Origin: a virus
Lineage: Duplodnaviria > Caudoviricetes
IMG/VR virus record: IMGVR_UViG_3300023266_000007
Location: 1 to 25,210 of that record
Strand: one strand, 5' to 3'
Length of the DNA stretch: 25,210 nt
Shown here in pieces: positions 16,447-25,210 of the stretch (the first letter of the stretch is position 1; every line of letters starts with the position of its first letter). Under the pieces are notes generated by a model. That model was given only the letters and a program-made list of their open reading frames with translations. It was not told the origin of the DNA and searched no databases. Made by a program: the position numbers and the translations under genes.

Positions 16447-16877
16447 GTGGCCACTCCTATCCACAGCAGGCAGACACCGTCCCCGGCGGTCGTCGCGTCC
16501 AGGTACACCGCGGCGGGGTCGGTGACATCGACGCTGACCGCATCCCCGGCAGCCAGCTCAAACCCGGTCCCGGGGGTGGGCCCGCCGATATAGACGAGAT
16601 CTTGGTTGTCGAGAAGCGCCCGGATGGTCACGCCGAGGATGCCCGGATGACTGGGGAGTGGGACCGGGGTGCCGGGGGTGGTGACGGTGGCGCGGTCACT
16701 GCCGGCGGTAGCGCCGCTGACCAGGGTGGTAGGCAACGGCGCCCATTCCTGCACGTCGGTGAGGACACCATCCGGCCCGTAGCCGATTTTGACGCGCTGC
16801 ACTTTGACGCCGTCGACGTCATCGGCGGCGATGAGTTCGCCGCCGGACATCGGATTGATGGTGACGTGGTCAGTCAT
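16443..16877 (-). CDS. Hypothetical virion accessory/decoration protein
   Basis: 144 aa beta-rich; GGELIAADDVDGVKVQRVK...PLP N-terminus; located in the head module. Confidence 0.7.
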   Translation of the reverse strand: MTDHVTINPMSGGELIAADDVDGVKVQRVKIGYGPDGVLTDVQEWAPLPTTLVSGATAGSDRATVTTPGTPVPLPSHPGILGVTIRALLDNQDLVYIGGPTPGTGFELAAGDAVSVDVTDPAAVYLDATTAGDGVCLLWIGVAT

Positions 16878-16886
16878 GGGAGGCGC

Positions 16887-17114
16887 TTATCCGGATTTGC
16901 GGGCCCGATTGGAAACGGGCTCATGCTCGTGTTCACCGGTGGTCGTCCCCGTGGTCGTCGTGGTGGTGGTGGGTTCGTCGTCGCTGGTTTCTTCCACATG
17001 GACGGTGCCGATGCGCTTGGCGTGCGGCACCTTCTTGGCGTCTTCCTCGGTGAGCTGCACGGTAGTGACCATGCCGTTCTTTTCGGTGATCTCGTATTCG
17101 CCTAGCTCTGGCAT
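16887..17114 (-). CDS. Small protein downstream of capsid
   Basis: ATG 17114 with GGAAAGG RBS; EYEITEKNGMVTTVQLTEEDA, then a Thr-rich tail. Confidence 0.75.
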   Translation of the reverse strand: MPELGEYEITEKNGMVTTVQLTEEDAKKVPHAKRIGTVHVEETSDDEPTTTTTTTGTTTGEHEHEPVSNRARKSG

Positions 17115-17140
17115 TGCTCTGCGCCTTTCCGTTGAGGGGA

Positions 17141-17182
17141 GGGGAGCGCCCTGCCCCGTTGACACCGCACAGGACGCTCCCC
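17141..17182 (-). terminator. Stem-loop after major capsid gene
   Basis: On the minus strand ggggagcgtcctg...cagggcgctcccc, a 13-bp stem with one G-U pair. Confidence 0.6.
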
Positions 17183-17203
17183 GGCATGGGTGTACCGCAC
17201 CAT

Positions 17204-18505
17204 TCACACAAGCGCTATCTTGCAGAATGCGGCCGGACGGAGTACGCCGAATCCGGCCCGTTGCTCGGCGAGGATAGCCACCAAATTTCTGATGAAGTAA
17301 TCCTGGTGCGAGTCACTGGCCTGTATCGATGCCTGTTCGCGGTCCCAGATGATGCCCATCCGCCAGTCGGCGACCCATCCGGTACCGGCCGCAACGGCTT
17401 CGGATTCGACGACTGGCAGACCCCACAGCGTGTTCGGTGCCTGTGCGAACGGGCCCCCACCGTAGAACTGTTTGTTGGTGTCCCGGGTCAGCTCGATGTT
17501 CTCCCAATCGATGGGATTGAATACAAAGGCGGTGGGGATAGCGCGCCCACCAACCCGAACCTTACGGCGCGCACGCCGAGTCACCGTGAACACATCCTCA
17601 TTGGTGACCGGCGCAACCTGAGTCTGTACACCGCTCGTTAGATTCAGACCCAGGAAATTCTCCCCGGTTCCGCTACCGGTGATCAGCTGGTCTTCGAATT
17701 CCTCCTCCAGTCCATATCGGAGGAAGGTGTCGATCAATGTCCGGACCTGTGCTGCATCGGACAGGGACCGTTTCGTAGCAGGGATCCAATGCGCAATCGT
17801 TTTGACCGTCGTCGATGCCTTCTCGAAGACCATCCCGCTTTCCGGCTTGACACCGGCGTCCACCACCGTCGCCGTTCCACCGGTACCCGAACCGACAGGC
17901 AGCGTCGAAATGGCCTCCGGCACCGGCGCGGCATTGTTCGTCGACGACAACACCCGCACGTATTCAATGCTGTCACTCGTCGTCGCACCCGCCGAGAACA
18001 ATTGCCGGATCGTCAGAGGCCGCGCCATAAACGGATCCGCCGCGTTGACCAGGCCGTACGGTTGCGGCGCCACCAGCGCCCCGGCAGAACTGTCCGACAG
18101 GCCGGTGATCAATGTCTTAACCCCGAACGGCGCTGAACTGATCCGGGACTTCTCCCCGAAACGGCCGTCCGGCGCTTGCGCCAACATCGCCTTATATTCG
18201 TGGCTGTCGACGTAGGCCTGCCCGACTGTCATATTCTTCGCACCGGGCCGAAACAGCGATGGCGTATCCCGCTGCCGGTCATCGTCGGGCGGAGTCTCCA
18301 CACCGTGACCCAGGTCGGCCAACATCTTCAAAGCAGCGCCAGCCTCTTCGGCCTGTTTCTGCAAGACATCGGCCTTGGTCAGATGCTCCGTGACCTTGCC
18401 GCGCTCCTCACCGGTCAAGTCCCGGTCTTCCCTCTCGGCTACTTCGGCGATCGCCTCCGCGGCCTTGATCTCGATCAGGATGGCTTCCCGCGTGCTACGC
18501 CTCAT
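17204..18505 (-). CDS. HK97-family major capsid protein
   Basis: 433 aa, helical delta-like N-terminus; KPES, VKTIAHWIP, GSGTGENFLG, LWGLPVVES, FIRNLVAILAEQR...RPAAF. Confidence 0.97.
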   Translation of the reverse strand: MRRSTREAILIEIKAAEAIAEVAEREDRDLTGEERGKVTEHLTKADVLQKQAEEAGAALKMLADLGHGVETPPDDDRQRDTPSLFRPGAKNMTVGQAYVDSHEYKAMLAQAPDGRFGEKSRISSAPFGVKTLITGLSDSSAGALVAPQPYGLVNAADPFMARPLTIRQLFSAGATTSDSIEYVRVLSSTNNAAPVPEAISTLPVGSGTGGTATVVDAGVKPESGMVFEKASTTVKTIAHWIPATKRSLSDAAQVRTLIDTFLRYGLEEEFEDQLITGSGTGENFLGLNLTSGVQTQVAPVTNEDVFTVTRRARRKVRVGGRAIPTAFVFNPIDWENIELTRDTNKQFYGGGPFAQAPNTLWGLPVVESEAVAAGTGWVADWRMGIIWDREQASIQASDSHQDYFIRNLVAILAEQRAGFGVLRPAAFCKIALV

Positions 18506-18526
18506 AGCCGTCCCCTCCCCCTTTGG

Positions 18527-19294
18527 TTAGTCACTGATCTGCCGTAAAGCGATCGCTCGCCGCACCGCACTTCTGAACGGGTGATCGGATTTCCCGCCAC
18601 TACTGGCGCCGGACTCATCGGATTCCTCGGCCTCGTCGGATTCGTCGGCGGCCAGGGACGCCAGCACCTCACTCAGCAAATCCGACGCCTGCCGGATCCG
18701 GTCGGTGTTCTCCTGCCCCAGCGTCTCGTCTGCTTTCAGCCGCATTGCTTTCGCCGCCAGCAGCTCGGTCAGTTCGTTGGCGCCGATCTGGGTGGGGCTG
18801 ACCTCATACAGCTTGAGCTTGCGCAGCTCCCACACTTCCTTCCCGTCGACTTTCCCCCACCCCGAATCCAACTCGTCATAGGCGTAGGAGAATTGCGTGA
18901 CCCGGCGGGCTTTCATCAGCCGCAACGCCTGCCGCGCGACCGGAGATGCGTCGTCGCCGGTGTCGAGCCGACCATGCACCCACAACCCGCCACCCTTGCG
19001 GACCGCCGGATCAACCCAATCCGGCAGGTCGCTGCTGCCCGGCCCGATTTCCCGGATGTCGAGGACTTCGCCGATGTTGTACGTCGGGTCGTCCATCCGA
19101 TGTGACCACAGCACGGGCAGCGTGTTCGGTGACGCTTTCCACGCGGCGATGGATTCGCTGAACGCGCCATGCCGGACGACGTCACCCCAGCTGTCGACAT
19201 TGCCGAACACCGATACGATGGCCTCGAATTCGCCGGCCGCACCGACATCCGCACCGTCAGCTCTCAGGTGGGCCGGTGCGCTTTTCACTTTCAC
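18527..19294 (-). CDS. HK97-family prohead protease
   Basis: GEFEAIVSVFGNVDSWGD, PVLWSH, FSYAY, LYEVSPTQIGAN. Confidence 0.93.
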   Translation of the reverse strand: MKVKSAPAHLRADGADVGAAGEFEAIVSVFGNVDSWGDVVRHGAFSESIAAWKASPNTLPVLWSHRMDDPTYNIGEVLDIREIGPGSSDLPDWVDPAVRKGGGLWVHGRLDTGDDASPVARQALRLMKARRVTQFSYAYDELDSGWGKVDGKEVWELRKLKLYEVSPTQIGANELTELLAAKAMRLKADETLGQENTDRIRQASDLLSEVLASLAADESDEAEESDESGASSGGKSDHPFRSAVRRAIALRQISD

Positions 19295-20625
19295 AATGCC
19301 CCCTCATGGCCGATCCGGATGGGCGGATGATGTGCTCTGCCGTTCGCTTTGGGGTTGCCCTCGTGGCTGGGGTTGTCCGGTGCCGTGTCATTCGGCGCGG
19401 CCAGACCCCCCGTGATGACGTTCAGCGGCACCACCAGTTCATCGGCGCCGTCGATGGCGGACAAATTCAACTTGGCTCGTGCCTCGTTCCGCAGCATCCA
19501 CGGCGCGCCGACAGCAGATTGCAGTGCCGAGGTCTGTTCGGCGAAACTGCCTTGCAGCTTCTCCGACAAATTGAATTCGATGTATACGGACCCGTCGCGG
19601 CTGGTGGCGTCGATGTCGTTGAGGACTTGGTTTTCCAGGTCCTGGGCGATCTGCTGGAGATACGGCGCCAGGGTGTCTTGATACAGCATCTTGTGGAGTT
19701 CTTGCATCGATGAGAAGTTGGTGCCTTCGGTCATCCCTACCATCGATGGTGATACATGAAAGGCGACGGCTACTTCTTCCCTGGTGAGGCGGCGCGACTC
19801 GACATACTGCGCGTCCTTCGGAGATACGCCAGATGCGGTAAATTCCATGCCGTCCTCAAGGATCGGTGTCCCGCCGGACTGCGGTCCGTCGCCGGTGTAT
19901 TGGGCCTGCCACGAAGCGGCGAACCGCTCCCGGGCCGGGTCGGACCAACGCGGCGAATCCTTCGGCCTGCGCAGATAACCAGCGACCCGGGCGCCATTGC
20001 GCCACAGCTGTTCCCGGTACAGGGTGGCGGCGTGCTCTTCGGCGAGGATCTGCCGCAGCGTCTCGATCGGGCTGGCGCCCTGGCGCATGTCGTCGCTGTA
20101 GCCGTGGATATGAACGATGTCGTCGGCGTCGATGGTGATTTCGCCGAGCTCGCCGCGGATCCGGTACCGGTCCGCGTCGGCCCACGACGACCCGAGCGGA
20201 TGGACGTAGGCCGGGCTGATCGGCGCCAGCCCAATCTCACCGCCGGTCAGTTTCTGCTTCAACAGATAGGCATCGTCGTAAATACACAGGTCGTGCATGA
20301 TGCCGCTCAGCAGCCGGTATTTCGTCAGCTTGGTTTCCGGCATCGGGCGGTTCAGCATCCGCGCCACCGGGTGATCCTTGAGTTTGGTGCGGTCGGTGTC
20401 CGACACCCGCTGGTAGACGTCGATGCCGAGCTGTGCCACATTCCTCGCCAGGAACCCCACGACGGTCCGCAGCTGTGGTTGAGCCCGCCAGATCTGCTGA
20501 TACGTCATCGACAGATCCGGCCGCAGCATCACCGACGTGGCCGGATTCCAGCCCCACCAGGGGCCCCCACCGGTGTCGGCACGATTGATGGCGGTGATCT
20601 GCCCGGACGTGACCACAAACGCCAT
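19291..20625 (-). CDS. HK97-family portal protein
   Basis: GASPIETLR, NGARVAGYL, ILEDGMEF, DAQYVESR, NEARAKLNL. Confidence 0.97.
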   Translation of the reverse strand: MAFVVTSGQITAINRADTGGGPWWGWNPATSVMLRPDLSMTYQQIWRAQPQLRTVVGFLARNVAQLGIDVYQRVSDTDRTKLKDHPVARMLNRPMPETKLTKYRLLSGIMHDLCIYDDAYLLKQKLTGGEIGLAPISPAYVHPLGSSWADADRYRIRGELGEITIDADDIVHIHGYSDDMRQGASPIETLRQILAEEHAATLYREQLWRNGARVAGYLRRPKDSPRWSDPARERFAASWQAQYTGDGPQSGGTPILEDGMEFTASGVSPKDAQYVESRRLTREEVAVAFHVSPSMVGMTEGTNFSSMQELHKMLYQDTLAPYLQQIAQDLENQVLNDIDATSRDGSVYIEFNLSEKLQGSFAEQTSALQSAVGAPWMLRNEARAKLNLSAIDGADELVVPLNVITGGLAAPNDTAPDNPSHEGNPKANGRAHHPPIRIGHEGAL

Positions 20626-20643
20626 GACCCCACCCGCCTCCTG

Positions 20644-20853
20644 CTATAGCTGCACTTGGATGAACGACACCCGGGACCGTTCCACGATCACTTCGCCGTC
20701 GACGGCGAGCGGCTCACTACCCGGCTCGATCAGCTGGGCGTCTCGCAGCGTCAGCAGCGGCCCGCGACGGCTGAAGAGGATGCCATTGAAGGCGCGACCG
20801 TCGTCGAGGTTCACCAGCACGCGTTTACAGATAGGCCAGCGTCGCCACCCCAC
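20644..20853 (-). CDS. Sm/LSm-like small protein
   Basis: GTG 20853 with AAAGGCGGGG RBS; KRVLVNLDDGRAFNGIL...LTLRDAQL (Sm1-like) and GEVIVERSRVSFIQ (Sm2-like). Confidence 0.7.
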   Translation of the reverse strand: MGWRRWPICKRVLVNLDDGRAFNGILFSRRGPLLTLRDAQLIEPGSEPLAVDGEVIVERSRVSFIQVQL

Positions 20854-20867
20854 AGCAGCCCCGCCTT

Positions 20868-22583
20868 TCAGATGACGATCAGTGAATGGTTCTCGTAGGC
20901 GGAGCCGAGAAGGTCGGTGTCGGTCGCGGCGCGCCAGGCGTTCGCTGCCATCACCGCGGTAGGAACCGCGTCGATCCGGGACCGGGACTCGCCGCGTTCG
21001 GGTTTGTCGGGCCGGCACAGATTGGCGTCATACGGTGCCCGGCGGACCTCGCATGAGTCGAAACAGAATTTCGCCACCGGGTTGCCGTGATGGTGAAATC
21101 GTTTTGCGCGGACCATTGCCATGACGGAGTCCATGCCCGGCGACATCCGATCGTAGGTGTTGCGATAGGCGGTTACTGCGCCGTCGAGTCCGTCGAGTCC
21201 ACATGCTGCCGCGACCCGGTTGATGATCGGCCACATCGACCATTCGTCAGCGTCGAACGCAGCAACCCGGAATTGACTACCATCGATAGCGATGTCGGCC
21301 GCCACCCGGTCATAGTCGATAACGCTGCCCTCCGTCACCGTGAGCCATTGCTGTGCAGCCCACCGGGAGAACGCGCCGTCATGGTATTTGTCGAGCTTCT
21401 CCAGACCCGATTCCGGTAGCCAGAATCGCCACAGCACATCGACCGGATCGTCATCGCCGGGGCCGGTGGGCACCAGCAGGCACCACGCGGTGAGGTCGAA
21501 CTTCGCGGCCAGGTCGAGGCCTCCGTAGGCGGTGCGGCCGGCGAGCTCGCGTCGGCCGTCGACGGGGTTGAGCCACAGATTCCCGGTCGACGCGTGCCAC
21601 ACATGCATCGGCATCCACCGGTGCGACTGGGAGACCCACTGGTTCAACCGGAACTGCCGGAAGGCATTCTCTTTCGCCGGATCATTCCGCGCCTCCAGTG
21701 CCTCGTCGCGCAGCGCCTGAATCGACAGGAAGCTACCCAACGCGGGGTTGGCGTGATACCAGTTCCTCTCATCCCAGGGGTCGGCGTCACGCGGGGTAGT
21801 CCGGATGTACGTGAGGATGTGCGGGGCCCGGTCTGGATCCTCTGCGACCTTCAGCATTTCTTTGTGCTCGGCGGCGGCGAAGCTCCGCTCATCGGCGCCA
21901 GCGGTAGTGGCAGCGATCATGAGCGGCTGCAACCGGGTGCCCATGGCGGTGCGCATCGCCGTCCACAACGCGCCATCCTTCTGCGTAATCAATTCATCGA
22001 CGACAATGCCGTGCGGGTTATGGCCCAGGTTTCCGGCAGCGTCTGCCGCGACTATCTCAAACCAGGAACCCATTTTTTCGTCGACAATGCGCTTTGCCTG
22101 TGCGTAGATCTTCAGCCGGCTGGACAGCACCGGAGAGAGTTTGACCATGCGTTCCGCGACGTCGAAAACCTTGCGCGCTTGGTCACGGTCCAGGGCGCAG
22201 GAATAGATCTCCGCGCCAGCCTCGTCATCCCCGACGCACAGATAGAGACCTATACCTGCCAGGAGTTCCGACTTCCCGTTCTTGCGTCCGAGTTCGATGA
22301 ACAGGATGCGGTAGCGGCGCACATACGTCTGATGCTCGCCATCCCATCGCACCGTTCCGAACGCGGGGCCGATGATGTCATCGACCTGCCAGTCCGCCAG
22401 TTCAAACGGCTTCCGGGCGTAGATCCCTTTCGTGTGCAGCAGGACCTCGCGAAAGAAACCGGTGACCTTCACCACCCGCGGTAGACACCAGTGTTCGCCC
22501 CGCTCATCGCACCGGATGTCGTCGAATGTGTAGCCGCAGACTGGGACGCTAGGCGTTGAGGTATCGCGTTGTCGGTGCGGCAT
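20868..22583 (-). CDS. terL: Terminase large subunit
   Basis: LADWQ, Walker A GRKNGKS, Walker B IVVDE, ATTAG, nuclease GGLDLA and RIDAV; start uncertain (22583 vs 22610). Confidence 0.97.
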   Translation of the reverse strand: MPHRQRDTSTPSVPVCGYTFDDIRCDERGEHWCLPRVVKVTGFFREVLLHTKGIYARKPFELADWQVDDIIGPAFGTVRWDGEHQTYVRRYRILFIELGRKNGKSELLAGIGLYLCVGDDEAGAEIYSCALDRDQARKVFDVAERMVKLSPVLSSRLKIYAQAKRIVDEKMGSWFEIVAADAAGNLGHNPHGIVVDELITQKDGALWTAMRTAMGTRLQPLMIAATTAGADERSFAAAEHKEMLKVAEDPDRAPHILTYIRTTPRDADPWDERNWYHANPALGSFLSIQALRDEALEARNDPAKENAFRQFRLNQWVSQSHRWMPMHVWHASTGNLWLNPVDGRRELAGRTAYGGLDLAAKFDLTAWCLLVPTGPGDDDPVDVLWRFWLPESGLEKLDKYHDGAFSRWAAQQWLTVTEGSVIDYDRVAADIAIDGSQFRVAAFDADEWSMWPIINRVAAACGLDGLDGAVTAYRNTYDRMSPGMDSVMAMVRAKRFHHHGNPVAKFCFDSCEVRRAPYDANLCRPDKPERGESRSRIDAVPTAVMAANAWRAATDTDLLGSAYENHSLIVI

Positions 22584-23007
22584 GACTCGCCTGGCCCTTG
22601 TGTATCTCACTGCGCGCGGACGGAGTGAAGCCGAACTCCGACGCGAATTGTTTCACTTGCGCCGCAGCGTCGCGCTGGATCCGGAATGCGGGATTGGTGA
22701 TCGTCGTATTCAGGGCGCCGGGCACCAGCAGCGACCCGGCGGCGAGTAGCGCCGATGCACGGCGATGTGTGACCACCGCTTCGCAGTAGCAGCGCAGTGC
22801 GTCCCGGTCGGCGGGTGTGGCAATGCCCATGACGATCAACTGCGACAGGGTGTAGTCCCACACCTGCCGTACGTCATCGGACGCGTCATCCGGGCAGACC
22901 GGCGGGCCGGATGACGGCATCGGCTCGTCGTGGTTGATCCGGCCAGGTCGATCGCCGTGCAGTAGCCGCAAGGCCGTTGGTTTCGGTGTGATGCCGCGTT
23001 TCCCCAT
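22549..23007 (-). CDS. terS: Terminase small subunit, P27 family
   Basis: MGKRGITPKPTALRLLHG..PG...NPA...EFGFTPSAR. Confidence 0.93.
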   Translation of the reverse strand: MGKRGITPKPTALRLLHGDRPGRINHDEPMPSSGPPVCPDDASDDVRQVWDYTLSQLIVMGIATPADRDALRCYCEAVVTHRRASALLAAGSLLVPGALNTTITNPAFRIQRDAAAQVKQFASEFGFTPSARSEIHKGQASHAAPTTRYLNA

Positions 23008-23229
23008 GACTTCTCCCGGTGTGCTGTGTGTGTTCGATGTGTGTCAGTGGTGACGGTTCCGCGGCCCGGTCCGGTCGTGTCGCCTAGGTGGGCGTCCGTC
23101 GTATCGGTCACCCATGGACGGCACCCCTCCCGGACGGCTGTGCCGGTGTGCCCGTTCGGACCGGTGCGGGTTACCGGAATGTTGATCAACAATGAGGGCT
23201 TCCAGCCACCCAGCCAGGGAGTAACCCGC

Positions 23230-23577
23230 ATGACCAGCACGCCACCCGTCCCGCCGAAAGCCCCGGCGCTCAATCTCGCGCTACTCGCCAGCCGCGCCGC
23301 AGTCGTCAAGGAACTACCGAAACCGACCCGTAGGCCGGGCGGGACAGCGGCGCTCAGCGCCCTGGTTGAGCGGTCCTACCGCGAAAGAATGGTTTTCGAA
23401 CTGCCGGCCGTCACCGTCCCCGACGGCAGCGACCCGGCCAAAGTCACCGCCACCCTCGTGGCCGCGGTACGCCGCGCTGCCGCCCTCGTCCAGCTCGGCG
23501 TATCCGTACGCTCGCAGCTCACCGACCGGGGTGTCGTGGTGACATTCCAAGGCAAGCGACGGAGCATGAACACATGA
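23230..23577 (+). CDS. Hypothetical 115-aa basic protein
   Basis: AGGGAG RBS before ATG 23230; high GC3; ATGA-coupled to the next gene. Confidence 0.7.
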   Translation: MTSTPPVPPKAPALNLALLASRAAVVKELPKPTRRPGGTAALSALVERSYRERMVFELPAVTVPDGSDPAKVTATLVAAVRRAAALVQLGVSVRSQLTDRGVVVTFQGKRRSMNT

Positions 23578-23840
23578 TCCAGACACCCGGCACCCCACCC
23601 ACCGACGACGACATCATCGGCCAGCAGCTCGCAGCGGTAGTAGACACGCTCCGCGCTGGCGGCGAACACGGCAAAGCGGATGCGGTGCAAGCATCCGCGG
23701 CCTACCTGCAAGACGCCATCCGGGCACCATCGGTCATGCTGTACGACCGGCTGACGGACCTCCGCGACAATGCCGCCATCATCATGATGATCATTGAAGA
23801 GATGGCCTACCAGTCACCCGACGACACCACCCACCACTAA
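23574..23840 (+). CDS. Hypothetical helical protein, paralog A
   Basis: GGAG RBS; 33/58 identical to 24002-24298 in a hand alignment. Confidence 0.8.
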   Translation: MIQTPGTPPTDDDIIGQQLAAVVDTLRAGGEHGKADAVQASAAYLQDAIRAPSVMLYDRLTDLRDNAAIIMMIIEEMAYQSPDDTTHH

Positions 23841-23856
23841 CCGATCTCTGCAGAAA

Positions 23857-23900
23857 CTGAACGGCCCCGGCGCGCGCACCCAGCGACCGGGGCCGTTCAG
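23857..23900. terminator. Stem-loop between paralogs
   Basis: Perfect 14-bp stem ctgaacggccccgg / ccggggccgttcag. Confidence 0.65.
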
Positions 23901-24001
23901 CATCACCGCGGCAACTCCCCCACCCCTCATCATCCGCCATCCCCGCCCCGGCACAGGCACCTATCGTGAGACCGACACACCCCACGACAGGAGACCCTGA
24001 C

Positions 24002-24298
24002 ATGAACCGACTCGAAGAGGCCCTGGCTGTTGCCGCCGACAACCTGCGCGCGGCCGGCGACCACGAGAAAGCCGACGCACTCCAGGCCGCAGCAGCACAC
24101 CTGGAAGACGCCATCAACGGCAGCTCACCGGACCTGTACGACGACCTGCATATCCTCCGCAGCACCGCGAACACCATCATGCGGATCATCACCGAGACGC
24201 CACTCGCACCACCCGCCGACGACGGCTACACCAAGGTGGCGACAGTGTCCCGCAGCGAAGCACAACGCCGCGCCAACCACTCCCGCGGCACCACCTAG
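24002..24298 (+). CDS. Hypothetical helical protein, paralog B
   Basis: CAGGAG RBS before ATG 24002; homologous to 23574-23840. Confidence 0.8.
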   Translation: MNRLEEALAVAADNLRAAGDHEKADALQAAAAHLEDAINGSSPDLYDDLHILRSTANTIMRIITETPLAPPADDGYTKVATVSRSEAQRRANHSRGTT

Positions 24299-24504
24299 GC
24301 GGCATCGACCGGGACCCCGTCAACCCGGTACCGGCAGACACGACACCACGGCGGCTTATGGTCCCGGTGCTGCACATACCGGTGCGGCCCCGGGCAGTTC
24401 CTCCGCAGTAGATCTTGCAGACGCCGCCTCGCCGCGTCGGCCTCCCTGGCAGTCATAGCGATGACCACATGAGGATCATCCAGCGGATGGGATCCATCTC
24501 CCAT
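24295..24504 (-). CDS. Small putative Zn-binding protein
   Basis: AGGAGG RBS; CPGPH...QHRD.KPPWCRVC; stop overlaps the convergent gene's stop (CTAG). Confidence 0.7.
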   Translation of the reverse strand: MGDGSHPLDDPHVVIAMTAREADAARRRLQDLLRRNCPGPHRYVQHRDHKPPWCRVCRYRVDGVPVDAA

Positions 24505-24515
24505 GGCAAGACCTC

Positions 24516-24728
24516 CTAAGGCAACGGATGTCCGCCGCAGTCGGCACAGCCCGTACACCATGCCACTCCGTCACCGGGTGCGTCAGGGAGGATCTCTATC
24601 ATCGGCCGGATCGTCGTCCCCATAGTCCACCGGCTATAGGCGATCCCATCGACCACCAGCCCCTCTCGCGGCTGGTAGAACGCCACACCGACCGCCCAAT
24701 CCACGTCGTACACCAGATCATCAGACAC
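24516..24728 (-). CDS. Hypothetical protein
   Basis: About 70 aa from GTG 24728 (start uncertain); ends CTGCADC; abuts the next gene's RBS. Confidence 0.5.
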   Translation of the reverse strand: MSDDLVYDVDWAVGVAFYQPREGLVVDGIAYSRWTMGTTIRPMIEILPDAPGDGVAWCTGCADCGGHPLP

Positions 24729-24957
24729 GACACCTGTCATACCGCACGGGGGATCGACCATTGCCGCGCCACCCGGGGATGGTCACCCGGACGAGTGCTC
24801 GGATGTGGGTTCCGGACGCGGGATCCAGGTCATGAGGCGGCGGATCCTCTCCGCGATCACCCTGCCCTCACGCCCGACCCGCGGATGATCGATGTTCGAC
24901 TCTCTCCTGTTGCAGCAATAACACAGCCGAGCACCTGGATTCCATCGAGTGCCCATG

Positions 24958-25134
24958 TCACTTCTCGGTGGCGGGGCGGATCATCTCCAGAATCATCGAC
25001 ATGGCCTGATGTTCGCTGAATCCGGCATCCACTGCTGACTGATACAACTCGTGAAGCTGGGTCATACCCGCGGCGAGCTCTGTCAACGCCGCGTTCGGAT
25101 CGATGTCCGGCAATGGTTTGTCCTCATTGGCCAT
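24958..25134 (-). CDS. Small phage protein, 58 aa (not in ORF track)
   Basis: GAAGG RBS; MANEDKPLPDIDPNAALTELAAGMTQLHELYQSAVDAGFSEHQAMSMILEMIRPATEK; HELY..AGF..QA pattern familiar from phages. Confidence 0.7.
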   Translation of the reverse strand: MANEDKPLPDIDPNAALTELAAGMTQLHELYQSAVDAGFSEHQAMSMILEMIRPATEK

Positions 25135-25210
25135 CTGAGTGGACCTTCTCTAGCACACAATGTTTCATTTCGCAAGCTTTCCAAAAAAGTCGATCGTGGG
25201 TGAGAGCGGT

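Larger units (their letters stand above)
1..25210. mobile_element. Actinobacterial temperate siphophage/prophage segment (HK97-type head, long non-contractile tail, serine integrase)
   Basis: Canonical order terS-terL-portal-protease-MCP-adaptor-tail-chaperone-TMP-tail tip-holin, plus integrase, endolysin and recombination genes; high GC; neither element end is identifiable in the window. Confidence 0.97.

Noticed and set aside
17114-17207. Possible capsid C-terminal extension by frameshift into the open -1 frame
   Set aside because: No slippery heptamer at the capsid 3' end; the downstream gene has its own RBS and a hairpin intervenes
24783-24956. 57-aa minus-strand ORF MGTRWNPGARLCYCC...
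   Set aside because: Fills a gap and follows the upstream stop, but has atypical codon usage and no recognisable motif; insufficient support
1-25210. tRNA, rRNA, CRISPR array, immunity repressor, HNH endonuclease
   Set aside because: None recognisable by eye; repressor and HNH probably lie outside the window

Overview
The whole window is a high-GC actinobacterial temperate siphophage or prophage segment; no host housekeeping genes are visible. On the minus strand, right to left: small ORFs, P27-type terminase small subunit, terminase large subunit, an Sm/LSm-like small protein, HK97-type portal, prohead protease and major capsid protein. These are followed by four head-accessory genes, a head-tail adaptor, tail terminator, major tail protein, HK97-gp10-like protein, tail assembly chaperones with a GGGAAAA -1 frameshift, a 1046-aa tape measure protein, one tail-tip protein, three tandem paralogous C1q-like tail proteins and a holin. 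A plus-strand block then interrupts the lysis genes: a phiRv1-type large serine integrase, an Rv1584c-like directionality factor and a secreted-protein gene bracketed by duplicated hairpins. Beyond it lie an acidic protein coupled to the endolysin and an exonuclease/RecT-like pair that runs off the left edge. The most notable items are the C1q-like triplet with a 54/55-bp internal DNA repeat, the integrase/RDF pair separating holin from endolysin, the repeat-bounded secreted-protein cassette, the Sm-like gene between terL and portal, and an inverted cassette with two paralogous helical proteins upstream of terS. All family assignments come from motif recognition by eye; no database search was run.
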